A stretch of 29,259 nt of DNA. It comes from an uncultured bacterium. GTDB lineage: Bacteria; Krumholzibacteriota; Krumholzibacteriia; Krumholzibacteriales; Krumholzibacteriaceae. Below are positions 7,993 through 19,310 of the stretch, piece by piece. The notes under the pieces are model-generated. The model was given only the letters and a program-made list of their open reading frames with translations, was not told where the DNA came from and did no database searches. A program made the position numbers and the translations under genes. The number at the start of each line of letters is the position of its first letter. The first letter of the stretch is position 1. The stretch is taken from contig CBDUYR010000031.1 in assembly GCA_965371515.1 (NCBI GenBank), positions 1 to 29,259 on the forward strand, read 5' to 3'.

Positions 7993-8814
7993 TTGTACAG
8001 TGAATTCATATCGATGATCGTGCTGTCGATCGTGCAGGGTATTACGGAATTCCTGCCGGTGAGCTCTTCGGGCCATCTGGTGATCGGAGGTGTACTGCTC
8101 GGAATCAGCGGATCCGGCGAGGACGTTCTCTTCGAGACCGCTGTGCACGCAGGCACCCTGGGCGCCGTGGTCGTATACTACCGGAAACGTCTCTCAGGGC
8201 TGGCCCGGTCGTTTGCAGCCTGGGTCGGTTCCGGATTCAGGGTGGAAGGGAAGATTGCGGAGGATCTGGGCTATATAGGCATGATAGCGGTCGGGTCGAT
8301 CCCCGCCGCGGTAGTCGGCCTCACCCTTCGCGGGCAGATAACGGCAACGTTCGGGTCACCCGCGCTCGCTTCGGTATGCCTCGTGGCGACCGGGCTGTTC
8401 CTCATTTTCTCCAGGGGGAGAAGCGGCAACTCTGAAATCGGGTGGAAGATCGCGATTCTCATCGGACTGGCGCAGGCTGTGGCGATCCTTCCAGGCTGCT
8501 CGCGCAGCGGCTGGACGATCACGACGGCGATGATCTGCGGTCTCGGCTTCTCCGCAGCAGCGGAGTTCTCCTTCCTTCTCTCGATCCCCGCGATCATGGG
8601 CGCCCTGCTTCTCGAGGCGGTATCGGCGGGGCCGGGGCTGACGGGAGGCGAGGTGGCCGTTCTCATTGCCTCGGCAGCTGTCGCGTTCGTGAGCGGTTAC
8701 TTTGCCCTGAGACTGCTCGTCTGGGTACTGGGGCGGGGAAGTTTCCACCGGTTCTCCTGGTATCTCATCCCTGCGGGGACGGCAGCCTTCATCTGGTTCG
8801 CTGTCAGGGGCTGA
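7993..8814 (+). CDS. uppP: Undecaprenyl-diphosphate phosphatase (BacA family)
   Basis: VQGITEFLPVSSSGHL, HAGTLGA, AILPGCSRSGWT and AEFSFLLSIP motifs. Start is TTG 7993 or ATG 8014. Confidence 0.95.
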   Translation: MYSEFISMIVLSIVQGITEFLPVSSSGHLVIGGVLLGISGSGEDVLFETAVHAGTLGAVVVYYRKRLSGLARSFAAWVGSGFRVEGKIAEDLGYIGMIAVGSIPAAVVGLTLRGQITATFGSPALASVCLVATGLFLIFSRGRSGNSEIGWKIAILIGLAQAVAILPGCSRSGWTITTAMICGLGFSAAAEFSFLLSIPAIMGALLLEAVSAGPGLTGGEVAVLIASAAVAFVSGYFALRLLVWVLGRGSFHRFSWYLIPAGTAAFIWFAVRG

Positions 8815-8816
8815 TA

Positions 8817-8845
8817 TTGACCGCCGCCGCAGGCTGTGTTAGATT
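8817..8845 (+). promoter_or_regulatory. Putative sigma70-type promoter of valS (extended -10)
   Basis: TTGACC (8817-8822)-N17-TAGATT (8840-8845) with TG at 8837-8838. Confidence 0.55.
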
Positions 8846-8888
8846 GACATATTCCCGAGGACATCAGGCCGCACGGCAAGGAGAGAGG

Positions 8889-11585
8889 ATGCTCGAGAAG
8901 GTCTACAAGCCAGGTGATATAGAGAAGAAGTGGAGTGAGGCATGGGCCGGCGCGGAGATCTTTACCGCCGATCCTTCCTCCTCAAATCCGGGATACTGCA
9001 TAATACTGCCTCCTCCTAACGTCACCGGCATGCTAACTGTCGGGCACGCGCTCGGTACCACAGTTCAGGACATCCTCTGCAGGTGGAGGAGGCTGACCGG
9101 CCGGGAGGTCCTCTGGCTCAGCGGCACCGACCATGCCGGTATAGCGACGCAGAATGTTGTGGAGCGATCCCTCGCGAAGAGAGGGACGTCGCGGACCGAG
9201 CTCGGCAGGGAAAAATTCCTCGAGGAATGCTGGAGCTGGAAGGAGAAATACCACGACAGGATAGTTGAACAGCTCGATCGCCTCGGCGCCTCGCTCGACT
9301 GGTCACGCGAGGCGTTCACCCTCGACCCGGGAGTCTCGAAGGCGGTTCGGGAGGTCTTTGTCCGTCTGCACGAGAAGGGGCTGATCTACAGAGGAAGATA
9401 TATCGTCAACTGGTGCCCGAATTGCGGCACCGCGATAAGCGATGAGGAAGTCGAATTCCGCGAGGAAGATTCGAAACTCTGGTACATAGCCTACCCCTTC
9501 ACCGACGGATCGGGCGAAATCGTGGTCGGCACAACGAGGCCCGAGACGATGCTTGGCGATATGGCGGTCGCGATGAGTCCGGAGCACGAGAAGGCGCTCG
9601 AGCTCAAGGACAGGATGGTCCGGCTGCCGCTTACCGACCGGGAGATCCCGATAATCCTCGACGAGGCGGTCGATCCCGAGTTCGGGACGGGTTTCCTCAA
9701 GGTCACACCCGCTCATGACGCGACCGATTTCGAGATCGGTCTGAGGCACGGGCTCGACCCGTTCGTCGTCATCGATTCCATGGGCAGAATGAACGAGCAC
9801 GCCGGCAAATACAGCGGTATGGACATAATCGAGGCCAGGAAGGCTGTCCTCGAGGAACTCGGGCGGCAGGAGCTGTTGAGGAAGATGGAGGATTATCGCC
9901 ACTCGGTCGGGCATCACGACCGGTGCGGCAATGCGATAGAGCCATACGTGTCGAAGCAGTGGTTCCTGAAGATGGAGAACCTCGCCGCCCCCGCGATCGA
10001 TGTCGTGAAAAAAGGTGAGACGGTCTTTTTTCCCGAGAGATGGAAGAACATCTACCTCAACTGGATGGAGAATATCAGGGACTGGTGCATATCGCGGCAG
10101 CTCTGGTGGGGGCACAGGATACCCGTGTGGTACTGCGACGGGTGCGGAGCCGAGATAGTCGCGCGCGAGGAGCCGTCGAAATGCACCGACTGCGGTTCGG
10201 AGGGGATCAGGCAGGACGAAGATGTCCTCGATACCTGGTTTTCATCGTGGCTCTGGACCTTCTCCCCGATGGGCTGGCCGGAGGAGACGGCCGACCTGGA
10301 GAAGTTCCATCCGACCGATGTGCTTGTCACCGGCGGGGACATCATTTTCTTCTGGGTCGCACGGATGATGATGGCCTCGATCGAGTTCCGCGGCGAGATA
10401 CCATTCTCCGACGTATACATTACGGGGATAGTCAGGGACGGACAGAGTCGTAAGATGAGCAAATCGCTCGGCAACTCGCCCGACATGATCGATATCATCG
10501 ACAGGCACGGGGCGGACGCCTTCAGGTTCTCCCTGATGATGCTCTCTCCCCCGGGGCAGGATCTTCTCTTCGATGAGAAGAAACTCGATGTCGGGAAGCA
10601 TTTCGCGAACAAGATATGGAACGCGGCGAGGTTCGTCCTCTCGCAGGAGCAGGGAGAGGGTCTCTTTGGCGCAGACGGCCCTCGAGGAGAGCCGCATTGC
10701 ATTATGAACCTCTTCGAGATACTCTACGGCGTGCAGCCGTCGGGGAGCTTCGAGATGGGATGGGAGGACGAGTGGATAGCGAGTCGGCTGGCGGCGAGGA
10801 TGAAGGAGTACTCCGGGGCACTCGATTCGTACAGGTTCGACGAGGCCTCGAAAACGATCTACGAGTTTTTCTGGCACGAGTTCTGTGACTGGTACCTCGA
10901 GTTTTCGAAGCCGGCTCTCCGCGGGGGAGGGGACCGGGGCAGGGGCGCGGCCCTGACCGCGCGGACGGTTCTCGGAGCGTCGATGGTGATGCTCCACTCG
11001 ATCATGCCGTTCATCAGCGAGGAAATATGGAGCATGCTCTCGCCCGAGCCTCCACTTCTCGCGGGATTCTCTTTCGGGGGGATGCCTGACGGGATGCGCG
11101 ATGCCGCGCTCGACAGGGATGTGTCGCTGATGAGGGAGATAATCACCGCGATCCGGAATCTCAGGCAGAGTTTCAATATACCATATCAGCAGGAATTGAC
11201 GGTGGTGATCAGCACCGAGGAGGGGAAAGGTCTCTCCGAGAGCATCGGAAGGTTCGAGAGCCAGATCACCGGCATCGCCGGGATCGGCGAGTTGACGGTG
11301 GCCGATGGGGCCGAAAAGCCCGCCGGCAGCGCCGCTGCAGGTCTCTCCCATCTCGAGATCTACCTGCCGCTGGGCGGGATCATAGATCTCGGTGCGGAGA
11401 GGGAGCGTATCGGTAAAGAGATCGAGAAGCTCTCGCACGATTGCGCGAAGATCGGAAAACGGCTTGAGGACGGTAAGTTCACCCAGCGGGCGCCGGCGGA
11501 GGTCGTGGCGAGGGAGAGGGAGAGATTCGGAGAGATGGAAGATCGCAGGAAGAGGCTGGAAAGGATTCTGGAGGATCTCGGCTGA
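8889..11585 (+). CDS. valS: Valine--tRNA ligase
   Basis: PPPNVTG, GTDHAGIATQ, TTRPET, DWCISRQLWWGHRIP, DVLDTWFSS and KMSKSLGN motifs, plus a C-terminal coiled coil. ATG 8889 has SD-like AGGAGAGAGG. Confidence 0.98.
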   Translation: MLEKVYKPGDIEKKWSEAWAGAEIFTADPSSSNPGYCIILPPPNVTGMLTVGHALGTTVQDILCRWRRLTGREVLWLSGTDHAGIATQNVVERSLAKRGTSRTELGREKFLEECWSWKEKYHDRIVEQLDRLGASLDWSREAFTLDPGVSKAVREVFVRLHEKGLIYRGRYIVNWCPNCGTAISDEEVEFREEDSKLWYIAYPFTDGSGEIVVGTTRPETMLGDMAVAMSPEHEKALELKDRMVRLPLTDREIPIILDEAVDPEFGTGFLKVTPAHDATDFEIGLRHGLDPFVVIDSMGRMNEHAGKYSGMDIIEARKAVLEELGRQELLRKMEDYRHSVGHHDRCGNAIEPYVSKQWFLKMENLAAPAIDVVKKGETVFFPERWKNIYLNWMENIRDWCISRQLWWGHRIPVWYCDGCGAEIVAREEPSKCTDCGSEGIRQDEDVLDTWFSSWLWTFSPMGWPEETADLEKFHPTDVLVTGGDIIFFWVARMMMASIEFRGEIPFSDVYITGIVRDGQSRKMSKSLGNSPDMIDIIDRHGADAFRFSLMMLSPPGQDLLFDEKKLDVGKHFANKIWNAARFVLSQEQGEGLFGADGPRGEPHCIMNLFEILYGVQPSGSFEMGWEDEWIASRLAARMKEYSGALDSYRFDEASKTIYEFFWHEFCDWYLEFSKPALRGGGDRGRGAALTARTVLGASMVMLHSIMPFISEEIWSMLSPEPPLLAGFSFGGMPDGMRDAALDRDVSLMREIITAIRNLRQSFNIPYQQELTVVISTEEGKGLSESIGRFESQITGIAGIGELTVADGAEKPAGSAAAGLSHLEIYLPLGGIIDLGAERERIGKEIEKLSHDCAKIGKRLEDGKFTQRAPAEVVARERERFGEMEDRRKRLERILEDLG

Positions 11586-12559
11586 TGGAAGAGAACGAGA
11601 AGACAGGCGAACAGCCGGATAGGCCCGATGGCCTGCCGGAGCAGGGACAGATGGAGCTCGGGAGCGAGGAGACGGTAGGCGAGATGTTGCTGGCCGCCCG
11701 CGAGAAGAAGGGGCTTGCCCTCGAGGCAGTCAGCCAGGAAACGAAGATACCCGTGGCCACTCTGCAGTACCTGGAGACGGACAATTTCGAAGCGATCCCG
11801 GCGAAGGTCTATGCGACCGGATTCCTAAAGACATACGCTCAGGTTCTCGGCCTCGATCCGAACCAGCTCATCAACAAGTACGAGATCCAGACGGGACAGA
11901 CCCACAAGAGCAGGGGCGACCTCTGGGAGATAGAAGAAGAGCTCGTTGAGGAGAAGCTCGGCTCCACGCATCTGCTCAGACGGTTCGTAATCCCTGCGGT
12001 CCTCGTCATCGTTGCGATCATCATCCTCTGGATGGTGTTCGGTGGCGGGGACGAAGGCACCGAGTCGCAATCGACGCTGTCCGAGACCGGACAGCAGGCC
12101 GAAACTGAAAGCCGCGGGGAAACCGGGGATTCCGCCGAGCGGACGGATGATCCCGGGATTGTAGCGGCCGACAATCGGTATGACCAGGAGGTTCCGAGCG
12201 GTTCGGACGGCGCCGTCGAGGAGACGGTCCGGGAAGAGCCGGCAGCCGTCCGGCAGGAGCCGGAGACTGCCGCGGACCCTTTGGCGGCGGGCGAGATGAT
12301 TCTGCGCATCATCGCGGAGGAGAGGATCTGGTTCGACGTGATAGTCTACACGAGGACCGCCTCGGGCATCGATACCACGGTGGCCGACTTCATCCTCGAG
12401 CCGGGCCAGTCGAGGACGTTTACCTCAAACGAGTACTTCTACATAAGGAAGATCGGGAAGACCGAGGGCTTCACAATAGAGCTCGATGGGAAGCCGTACG
12501 AAGTGCCTATCGTCGAGGGCAGGCTGCCCCGCGACATAACGATACCGCGAAACAGGTGA
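11585..12559 (+). CDS. rodZ: RodZ-like protein (HTH_25, TM helix, linker, DUF4115)
   Basis: GEMLLAAREKKGL...LQYLETDNFEAIPAKVYATGFLKTYAQVLGLD, a single TM helix, an acidic linker and a C-terminal beta domain (IIAEERIWFDV...IRKIGK). Confidence 0.82.
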   Translation: MEENEKTGEQPDRPDGLPEQGQMELGSEETVGEMLLAAREKKGLALEAVSQETKIPVATLQYLETDNFEAIPAKVYATGFLKTYAQVLGLDPNQLINKYEIQTGQTHKSRGDLWEIEEELVEEKLGSTHLLRRFVIPAVLVIVAIIILWMVFGGGDEGTESQSTLSETGQQAETESRGETGDSAERTDDPGIVAADNRYDQEVPSGSDGAVEETVREEPAAVRQEPETAADPLAAGEMILRIIAEERIWFDVIVYTRTASGIDTTVADFILEPGQSRTFTSNEYFYIRKIGKTEGFTIELDGKPYEVPIVEGRLPRDITIPRNR

Positions 12560-12571
12560 CCGGACAGCACG

Positions 12572-14626
12572 ATGTCTCTTTTCCAGCTTGAATCGGAATT
12601 CGATCTCACCGGCGACCAGCCTCAGGCCGTCGATAAACTCGTTGCAGGTATCCGGGAAGGGGCGAAACATCAGACCCTCCTCGGTGTGACCGGCTCAGGC
12701 AAGACCTTCACGATCGCAAATGTCATAGCTGAGTGCGAGATGCCGGCGCTTATAATCTCGCACAACAAGACTCTCGCGGCCCAGCTCTACGGTGAGATGA
12801 AGAGCTTCTTCCCGAACAACGCAGTCGAGTATTTCATCAGCTACTACGACTACTATCAGCCCGAGGCGTTCATTCCCTCGACGGGCACCTACATCGAGAA
12901 GGACGTTTCGATCAACGAGGACATAGACAGGCTGAGACTGCGCACCACCGGATCACTCATGACGAGGCGCGACGTGGTTGTCATAGCGAGCGTTTCGTGC
13001 ATCTACGGCCTGGGATCGCCGGAGGAATTCCGGCGGATGACGTTCAGCGTGGAGGCGGGCAGGGAATACGGCAGGGACGCTCTTCTGAGGAAGCTCGTCG
13101 AGTTGAGATATTCGAGGAACGATATCGACTTTGCCAGGGGTACCTTCAGGGTCAGGGGAGACACGATAGAGCTTCGTCCTGCCTACATGGAGGAGGCTAT
13201 ACGGATCGAGATGTTCGACGAGGAGATCGAGCGGATCACCGTCGTCCATCCGCTCACGGGGGAAATATTGAGGGAGGTCCCCACGCTCACCGTATTTCCA
13301 TCGTCGCATTTCGTCGTCTCGAAAGAGGGGATCGAAAGCGCCATCGGGGAGATCGAGAAGGACCTGACCGCGGGGATAGCCGATCTGAAGAGCGCGGGCC
13401 TCGACCTCGAGGCGAAACGACTGCTCACCAGGACGACATATGACATAGAGATGATGCGCGAGGTCGGGTACTGCACGGGGATAGAGAATTACTCGAGATA
13501 TTTTGCCGGGAGGAAACCGGGCGAGAGGCCGACCACTCTGATCGATTATTTCCTCGGTGATTTCATTGTGGTGCTCGACGAATCTCACGTCACCGCTCCA
13601 CAGGTAAGGGCGATGTACAGCGGCGACCGCAGCCGCAAGCAGACGCTCGTCGAACACGGCTTCAGGCTCCCGTCGGCGCTTGACAACAGACCGCTTACCT
13701 ACGACGAGTTCGAGTCGATCATTGAGAGGTTCATATACGTTTCCGCCACTCCGGGAGATTTCGAGCTGGGCAGATGCGGCGGCGAGGTGGTCGAGCAGAT
13801 AGTCCGCCCGACAGGCCTTGTCGATCCGGAGATCGACGTAAGGCCCGTTGCGGGCCAGGTCGACGATCTGCTCGAGGAGATACGCAGGACGGTCAGCCGC
13901 GGCGAGAGGATCCTTGTCACGACGCTTACAAAGAGGATGTCGGAGGACCTGACGACCTATCTCTCCGGGCTCGACGTCAGGGTGCGGTACCTTCACAGTG
14001 ACATAGATGCCCTCGACAGGGTCGAGATACTGAGGGAACTGCGGTACGGCGAGTTCGATGTCCTCGTCGGCATCAACCTTCTCAGGGAGGGCCTCGATCT
14101 GCCCGAGGTCACACTCGTCGCCGTGCTCGACGCCGACAAGGAGGGTTTTCTCAGGTCTCGCACATCGCTTATCCAGACGGCCGGTCGAGCCGCGAGAAAT
14201 ATAAACGGGAAGGTGATATTTTACGCCGACCGCATCACCGGATCGATGGACAGGGCGATCCGGGAGACGAACAGGCGAAGGGAAAAACAGTTCGAGTACA
14301 ACAGTAAGCATGGGATCACCCCACGATCGATCGTCAAATCCATCGAGGAGGTCCGGCTGACTACGTCGATAGCAGACGCAAAGGGCAAGGCCGGACTCGT
14401 CAGGGAAACGGTGGATGAGGTGATTGTTCCGGACAGTATCGACGATCCGAGGCTGATCGCCCGCCTCGAGGAGGAGATGCTCCGCGAGGCCGACGCGCTC
14501 AATTTCGAGAAGGCGGCGAGCATCAGGGACAGGATCGAGGAGATAAGGATGAACACGATGAGGAGGAGAAGGAGTGGAAAGGCTCAGGCAGGAGATCGAA
14601 CGCAGCGTCGCGGCGGCTCTCGCTGA
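12572..14626 (+). CDS. uvrB: Excinuclease ABC subunit B
   Basis: [50 protein letters not shown] and QTAGRAARN motifs, plus the C-terminal UVR domain ([13 protein letters not shown]). Confidence 0.98.
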   Translation: MSLFQLESEFDLTGDQPQAVDKLVAGIREGAKHQTLLGVTGSGKTFTIANVIAECEMPALIISHNKTLAAQLYGEMKSFFPNNAVEYFISYYDYYQPEAFIPSTGTYIEKDVSINEDIDRLRLRTTGSLMTRRDVVVIASVSCIYGLGSPEEFRRMTFSVEAGREYGRDALLRKLVELRYSRNDIDFARGTFRVRGDTIELRPAYMEEAIRIEMFDEEIERITVVHPLTGEILREVPTLTVFPSSHFVVSKEGIESAIGEIEKDLTAGIADLKSAGLDLEAKRLLTRTTYDIEMMREVGYCTGIENYSRYFAGRKPGERPTTLIDYFLGDFIVVLDESHVTAPQVRAMYSGDRSRKQTLVEHGFRLPSALDNRPLTYDEFESIIERFIYVSATPGDFELGRCGGEVVEQIVRPTGLVDPEIDVRPVAGQVDDLLEEIRRTVSRGERILVTTLTKRMSEDLTTYLSGLDVRVRYLHSDIDALDRVEILRELRYGEFDVLVGINLLREGLDLPEVTLVAVLDADKEGFLRSRTSLIQTAGRAARNINGKVIFYADRITGSMDRAIRETNRRREKQFEYNSKHGITPRSIVKSIEEVRLTTSIADAKGKAGLVRETVDEVIVPDSIDDPRLIARLEEEMLREADALNFEKAASIRDRIEEIRMNTMRRRRSGKAQAGDRTQRRGGSR

Positions 14627-15410
14627 GGATGAGGCCGCATCGGACGCGACGACGAAGCTTCTCGTCCCGGACTCACTGGAGGGCAGGGCGGTAATCGTAT
14701 CGAGGGCCTCCGGCGTGATATCCGGTCAGGAGTGCGCGGCCGAGGTCTTCAGGCAGCTCGGTGGAGAGGTGGCGTACGAGTCTTCGGCGCCGGACGGCAC
14801 CTCCGTTTCTGCGGGAATAAAAGTGGCCGGACTGGCCGGGCCGATGGGACGGATATTGTCCGGCGAGCGTACGGCGCTGAACTTCCTCTGCCATCTCTCG
14901 GGGATTTCCACACTGACGGCATCTTTCGTGGAGAAGATCTCCGGGACCGGCGTGCGGATACTCGACACGAGAAAGACTACCCCCGGGATGCGTGCCGTCG
15001 AGAAAAGGGCCGTCGCCGACGGCGGGGGAGTCAACCACCGGCACGACCTCGCGTCGTACATACTCGTCAAGGAGAACCATATCGCAGCGGCCGGAGGCAT
15101 CGGGGCCGCGCTGGAAAGGCTCGGGGATTTCCTGACGGGGTGCGAGATCGAGGTCCGCGACATAATCGAGCTCCAGTCGCTCTATGCGCTTCCGCCGGGC
15201 AGGGTCATGCTGGACAATTTCACGCCTGTGCAGATCCGCGAGGCGATAACGGTCGTCCATTCGTGGGAGCGGAGACCCGAGATAGAGGTATCAGGGGGCA
15301 TTACTCTCGATAATGTGGCCGATTACGCGATAGAAGGAGTGGACTTCATATCGGTCGGTTCCCTCACGGCGTCCGCTCCATCCCTCGATCTCTCGCTCCT
15401 GATGGAATGA
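14574..15410 (+). CDS. nadC: Nicotinate-nucleotide diphosphorylase (carboxylating), QAPRTase
   Basis: ERTALNFL, DTRKTTPG, KENHI, MLDNF, EVSGGIT and DFISVGSLT motifs. GTG start with AGGAG upstream. Confidence 0.95.
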   Translation: MERLRQEIERSVAAALAEDEAASDATTKLLVPDSLEGRAVIVSRASGVISGQECAAEVFRQLGGEVAYESSAPDGTSVSAGIKVAGLAGPMGRILSGERTALNFLCHLSGISTLTASFVEKISGTGVRILDTRKTTPGMRAVEKRAVADGGGVNHRHDLASYILVKENHIAAAGGIGAALERLGDFLTGCEIEVRDIIELQSLYALPPGRVMLDNFTPVQIREAITVVHSWERRPEIEVSGGITLDNVADYAIEGVDFISVGSLTASAPSLDLSLLME

Positions 15411-15425
15411 CCGGAGAGAAGGAAT

Positions 15426-16238
15426 ATGAACGAGGTGAAGGACATCCATCCCGCCGCGATCGCCCGCCTGTGTGACGGGGAGAGGATCGGCCACACCGTT
15501 GTCTGCTTCGAATCGGTCGGCTCGACGAACAGGGCAGCGGCTCGTATGGCCGATGCGGGCGCCCGCGAGGGGACCGTCGTCGTTGCAGTGAGGCAGACGG
15601 CCGGGCGCGGGAGAAAGGGTCGCAGCTGGTTCTCGAGCCCTGCCGGCTCGCTTGTTTTCTCTGTGATTCTGCGGCCGGCCCGGAGCGGCGAGACGCTGAC
15701 AGCCCTTCTTGCACTCTCTGTCCTGAAGGCCCTGGACGGATTGTGCAGCGGCGCGTCGATAAAATGGCCGAATGATATCTGGATCGGCGGGAGGAAGATC
15801 GCCGGTATCCTCGCCGAATCGAAGGGGGACAGCGTCATTCTCGGGATGGGGATCGATGTGAACGACGAGGAGGGCTCGTTTCCCCCGGACCTGCGTGAGA
15901 CGGCGGTCTCCCTGCGGATGATCACCGGGAGGATCTTCGACAGGGGTGAGCTGCTCGCAGGCGTGCTGCGGAATCTCGAACGGGCCTACGAGATCTGGGA
16001 GAGGGACGGCTTCGGGCCGATGGCCTTCGAGATGGAGAGACGGATGCTCTGGACAGGTATGCCGGTGATGCTTGACGCCGGAGAAAAGACCGTGGAGGGA
16101 GTACTTGCGGGGATAAGTGCAGACGGGTACCTGCGGCTGGAAGCGGACGGCGCAGAGAGGGTATACTCTTCGGGTGACCTCTCACTGAGGCCGTCCGGAG
16201 GAGATGACGGCTCCCGCGGGAAGGATGGAGATCGATGA
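15426..16238 (+). CDS. birA: Biotin--[acetyl-CoA-carboxylase] ligase without an N-terminal DNA-binding domain
   Basis: STN, QTAGRGRKGRSW, IKWPNDI and KIAGIL motifs, plus a C-terminal SH3-like domain (GISADGYL). Confidence 0.93.
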   Translation: MNEVKDIHPAAIARLCDGERIGHTVVCFESVGSTNRAAARMADAGAREGTVVVAVRQTAGRGRKGRSWFSSPAGSLVFSVILRPARSGETLTALLALSVLKALDGLCSGASIKWPNDIWIGGRKIAGILAESKGDSVILGMGIDVNDEEGSFPPDLRETAVSLRMITGRIFDRGELLAGVLRNLERAYEIWERDGFGPMAFEMERRMLWTGMPVMLDAGEKTVEGVLAGISADGYLRLEADGAERVYSSGDLSLRPSGGDDGSRGKDGDR

Positions 16239-16981
16239 GCAGAGTGCTTGCGATAGACAGGGGCAACGACTCGGCCAAGGGAGCTCTCTTCGAGGCAGGA
16301 CGGATAACGGCACGATGGAAGACGGAAGGCGCCGTCGAAGAGATCGCAGGCTGGGCGGAAGAGTCGAAGCCGGACGGGGCCGTTGTCTCGAGTGTGATCG
16401 GCGAGTGGAACGATCTCTGCGAGTCGGCGCTCAGGGGAGGCGGAGTCGGAAGGATCGTCTTCGCCGGGCACGATTCGCCGTGGACCTTCGCTCTCGATAT
16501 CGACAGCCCGGGGACCGTCGGCCCGGACAGACTCTGTGCGGTGGCTGCGGTCGTGGACCGGGGCGTGAACGATGCCGTGATCGTCGACGCCGGCACGGCC
16601 GTGACGGTCGATATTCTCTCCGGCGGTACTTTCACCGGCGGGGCGATCATGCCGGGCCTCGACATGATGCTCCGGTCGCTCAGCGACGGAACGTCGTCCC
16701 TGCCCCGGGTCAGTATCGAAACGAGCCGTCCTGCGGGGATCGATCTGCCGCCTGGCAGGGATACCGCGGCGGCCATCAGGATCGGTGTTCTCGGCGCCTG
16801 GCGCGGCGGAACGGCGAATCTCGTCAGGCTCTCCCTCGAGCGGTTCGAGAACCCGCCGCCTGTCTTCCTGACAGGCGGAGACGCCGGCCTCATCGTCGAT
16901 ACGATCTCTCCGGCTCCCCGGCTCTATCCTGATCTTGTCCTTCAAGGGCTTAACTGGTTGTATCACAGGAAGTTCGGATAG
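16235..16981 (+). CDS. coaX: Type III pantothenate kinase
   Basis: AIDRGN, VGPDRL, IVDAGTAVTVD, GGAIMPG and TGGDA motifs. ATGA overlap with birA. Confidence 0.93.
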   Translation: MSRVLAIDRGNDSAKGALFEAGRITARWKTEGAVEEIAGWAEESKPDGAVVSSVIGEWNDLCESALRGGGVGRIVFAGHDSPWTFALDIDSPGTVGPDRLCAVAAVVDRGVNDAVIVDAGTAVTVDILSGGTFTGGAIMPGLDMMLRSLSDGTSSLPRVSIETSRPAGIDLPPGRDTAAAIRIGVLGAWRGGTANLVRLSLERFENPPPVFLTGGDAGLIVDTISPAPRLYPDLVLQGLNWLYHRKFG

Positions 16982-17027
16982 GTCTCCCAGCCGCATCGAG
17001 AATCCCGTAATATTTTTTAGATTTTCC

Positions 17028-17056
17028 TTGAAATGACCTTACCTTCAGAGTATATT
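17028..17056 (+). promoter_or_regulatory. sigma70-type promoter of groESL
   Basis: TTGAAA (17028-17033)-N17-TATATT (17051-17056), directly upstream of the CIRCE element. Confidence 0.7.
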
Positions 17057-17070
17057 CCCCTGTGCTGATT

Positions 17071-17097
17071 CTGGCACTCGCGGATGGCGAGTGCTAA
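17071..17097 (+). promoter_or_regulatory. CIRCE element (HrcA operator)
   Basis: CTGGCACTC-GCGGATGGC-GAGTGCTAA against the consensus TTAGCACTC-N9-GAGTGCTAA. The right arm is perfect, the spacer is 9 nt, and it lies upstream of groES. Confidence 0.92.
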
Positions 17098-17151
17098 CGC
17101 GGTGTGAATAAACACTTAACAGTTCAACGCCAGACGAAAAAGGAGGTCAAG

Positions 17152-19102
<1,951 letters not shown>

Positions 19103-19124
19103 GTTTCCGCCATGTTGCTATTTA

Positions 19125-19159
19125 AAGGGCGCCGCGGCCACAGGGCTGCAGGCGCCCTT
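19125..19159 (+). terminator. Stem-loop after groEL, probable terminator
   Basis: AAGGGCGCC...GGCGCCCTT 9-bp inverted repeat with additional internal pairing, 22 nt after the stop. Confidence 0.6.
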
Positions 19160-19173
19160 CTGCCAGAAATCGC

Positions 19174-19202
19174 TTGAATTTGGCTCCGGACCTTAATATT
19201 TT
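19174..19202 (+). promoter_or_regulatory. Putative sigma70-type promoter for the lipoprotein-dapL-folB-folK unit
   Basis: TTGAAT (19174-19179)-N17-TATTTT (19197-19202) in an AT-rich intergenic patch. Confidence 0.4.
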
Positions 19203-19310
19203 ATAACAGGTGCACTAAAGGCATATCGCATCATGGATTTATATATCCCGCGGCTCCGCTCTGGCGCGGAAAGACTGAAAGACATAGAGAGACAGACCTG
19301 GAGGTTCGAT

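Noticed and set aside
8442..8888. Apparent 149-aa N-terminal extension of ValRS in the ORF track
   Set aside because: It overlaps uppP in another frame. A promoter and SD support ATG 8889, where ValRS homology begins.
8815..8888. Possible T-box riboswitch upstream of valS
   Set aside because: The intergenic region is only 74 nt and has no T-box consensus or terminator/antiterminator.
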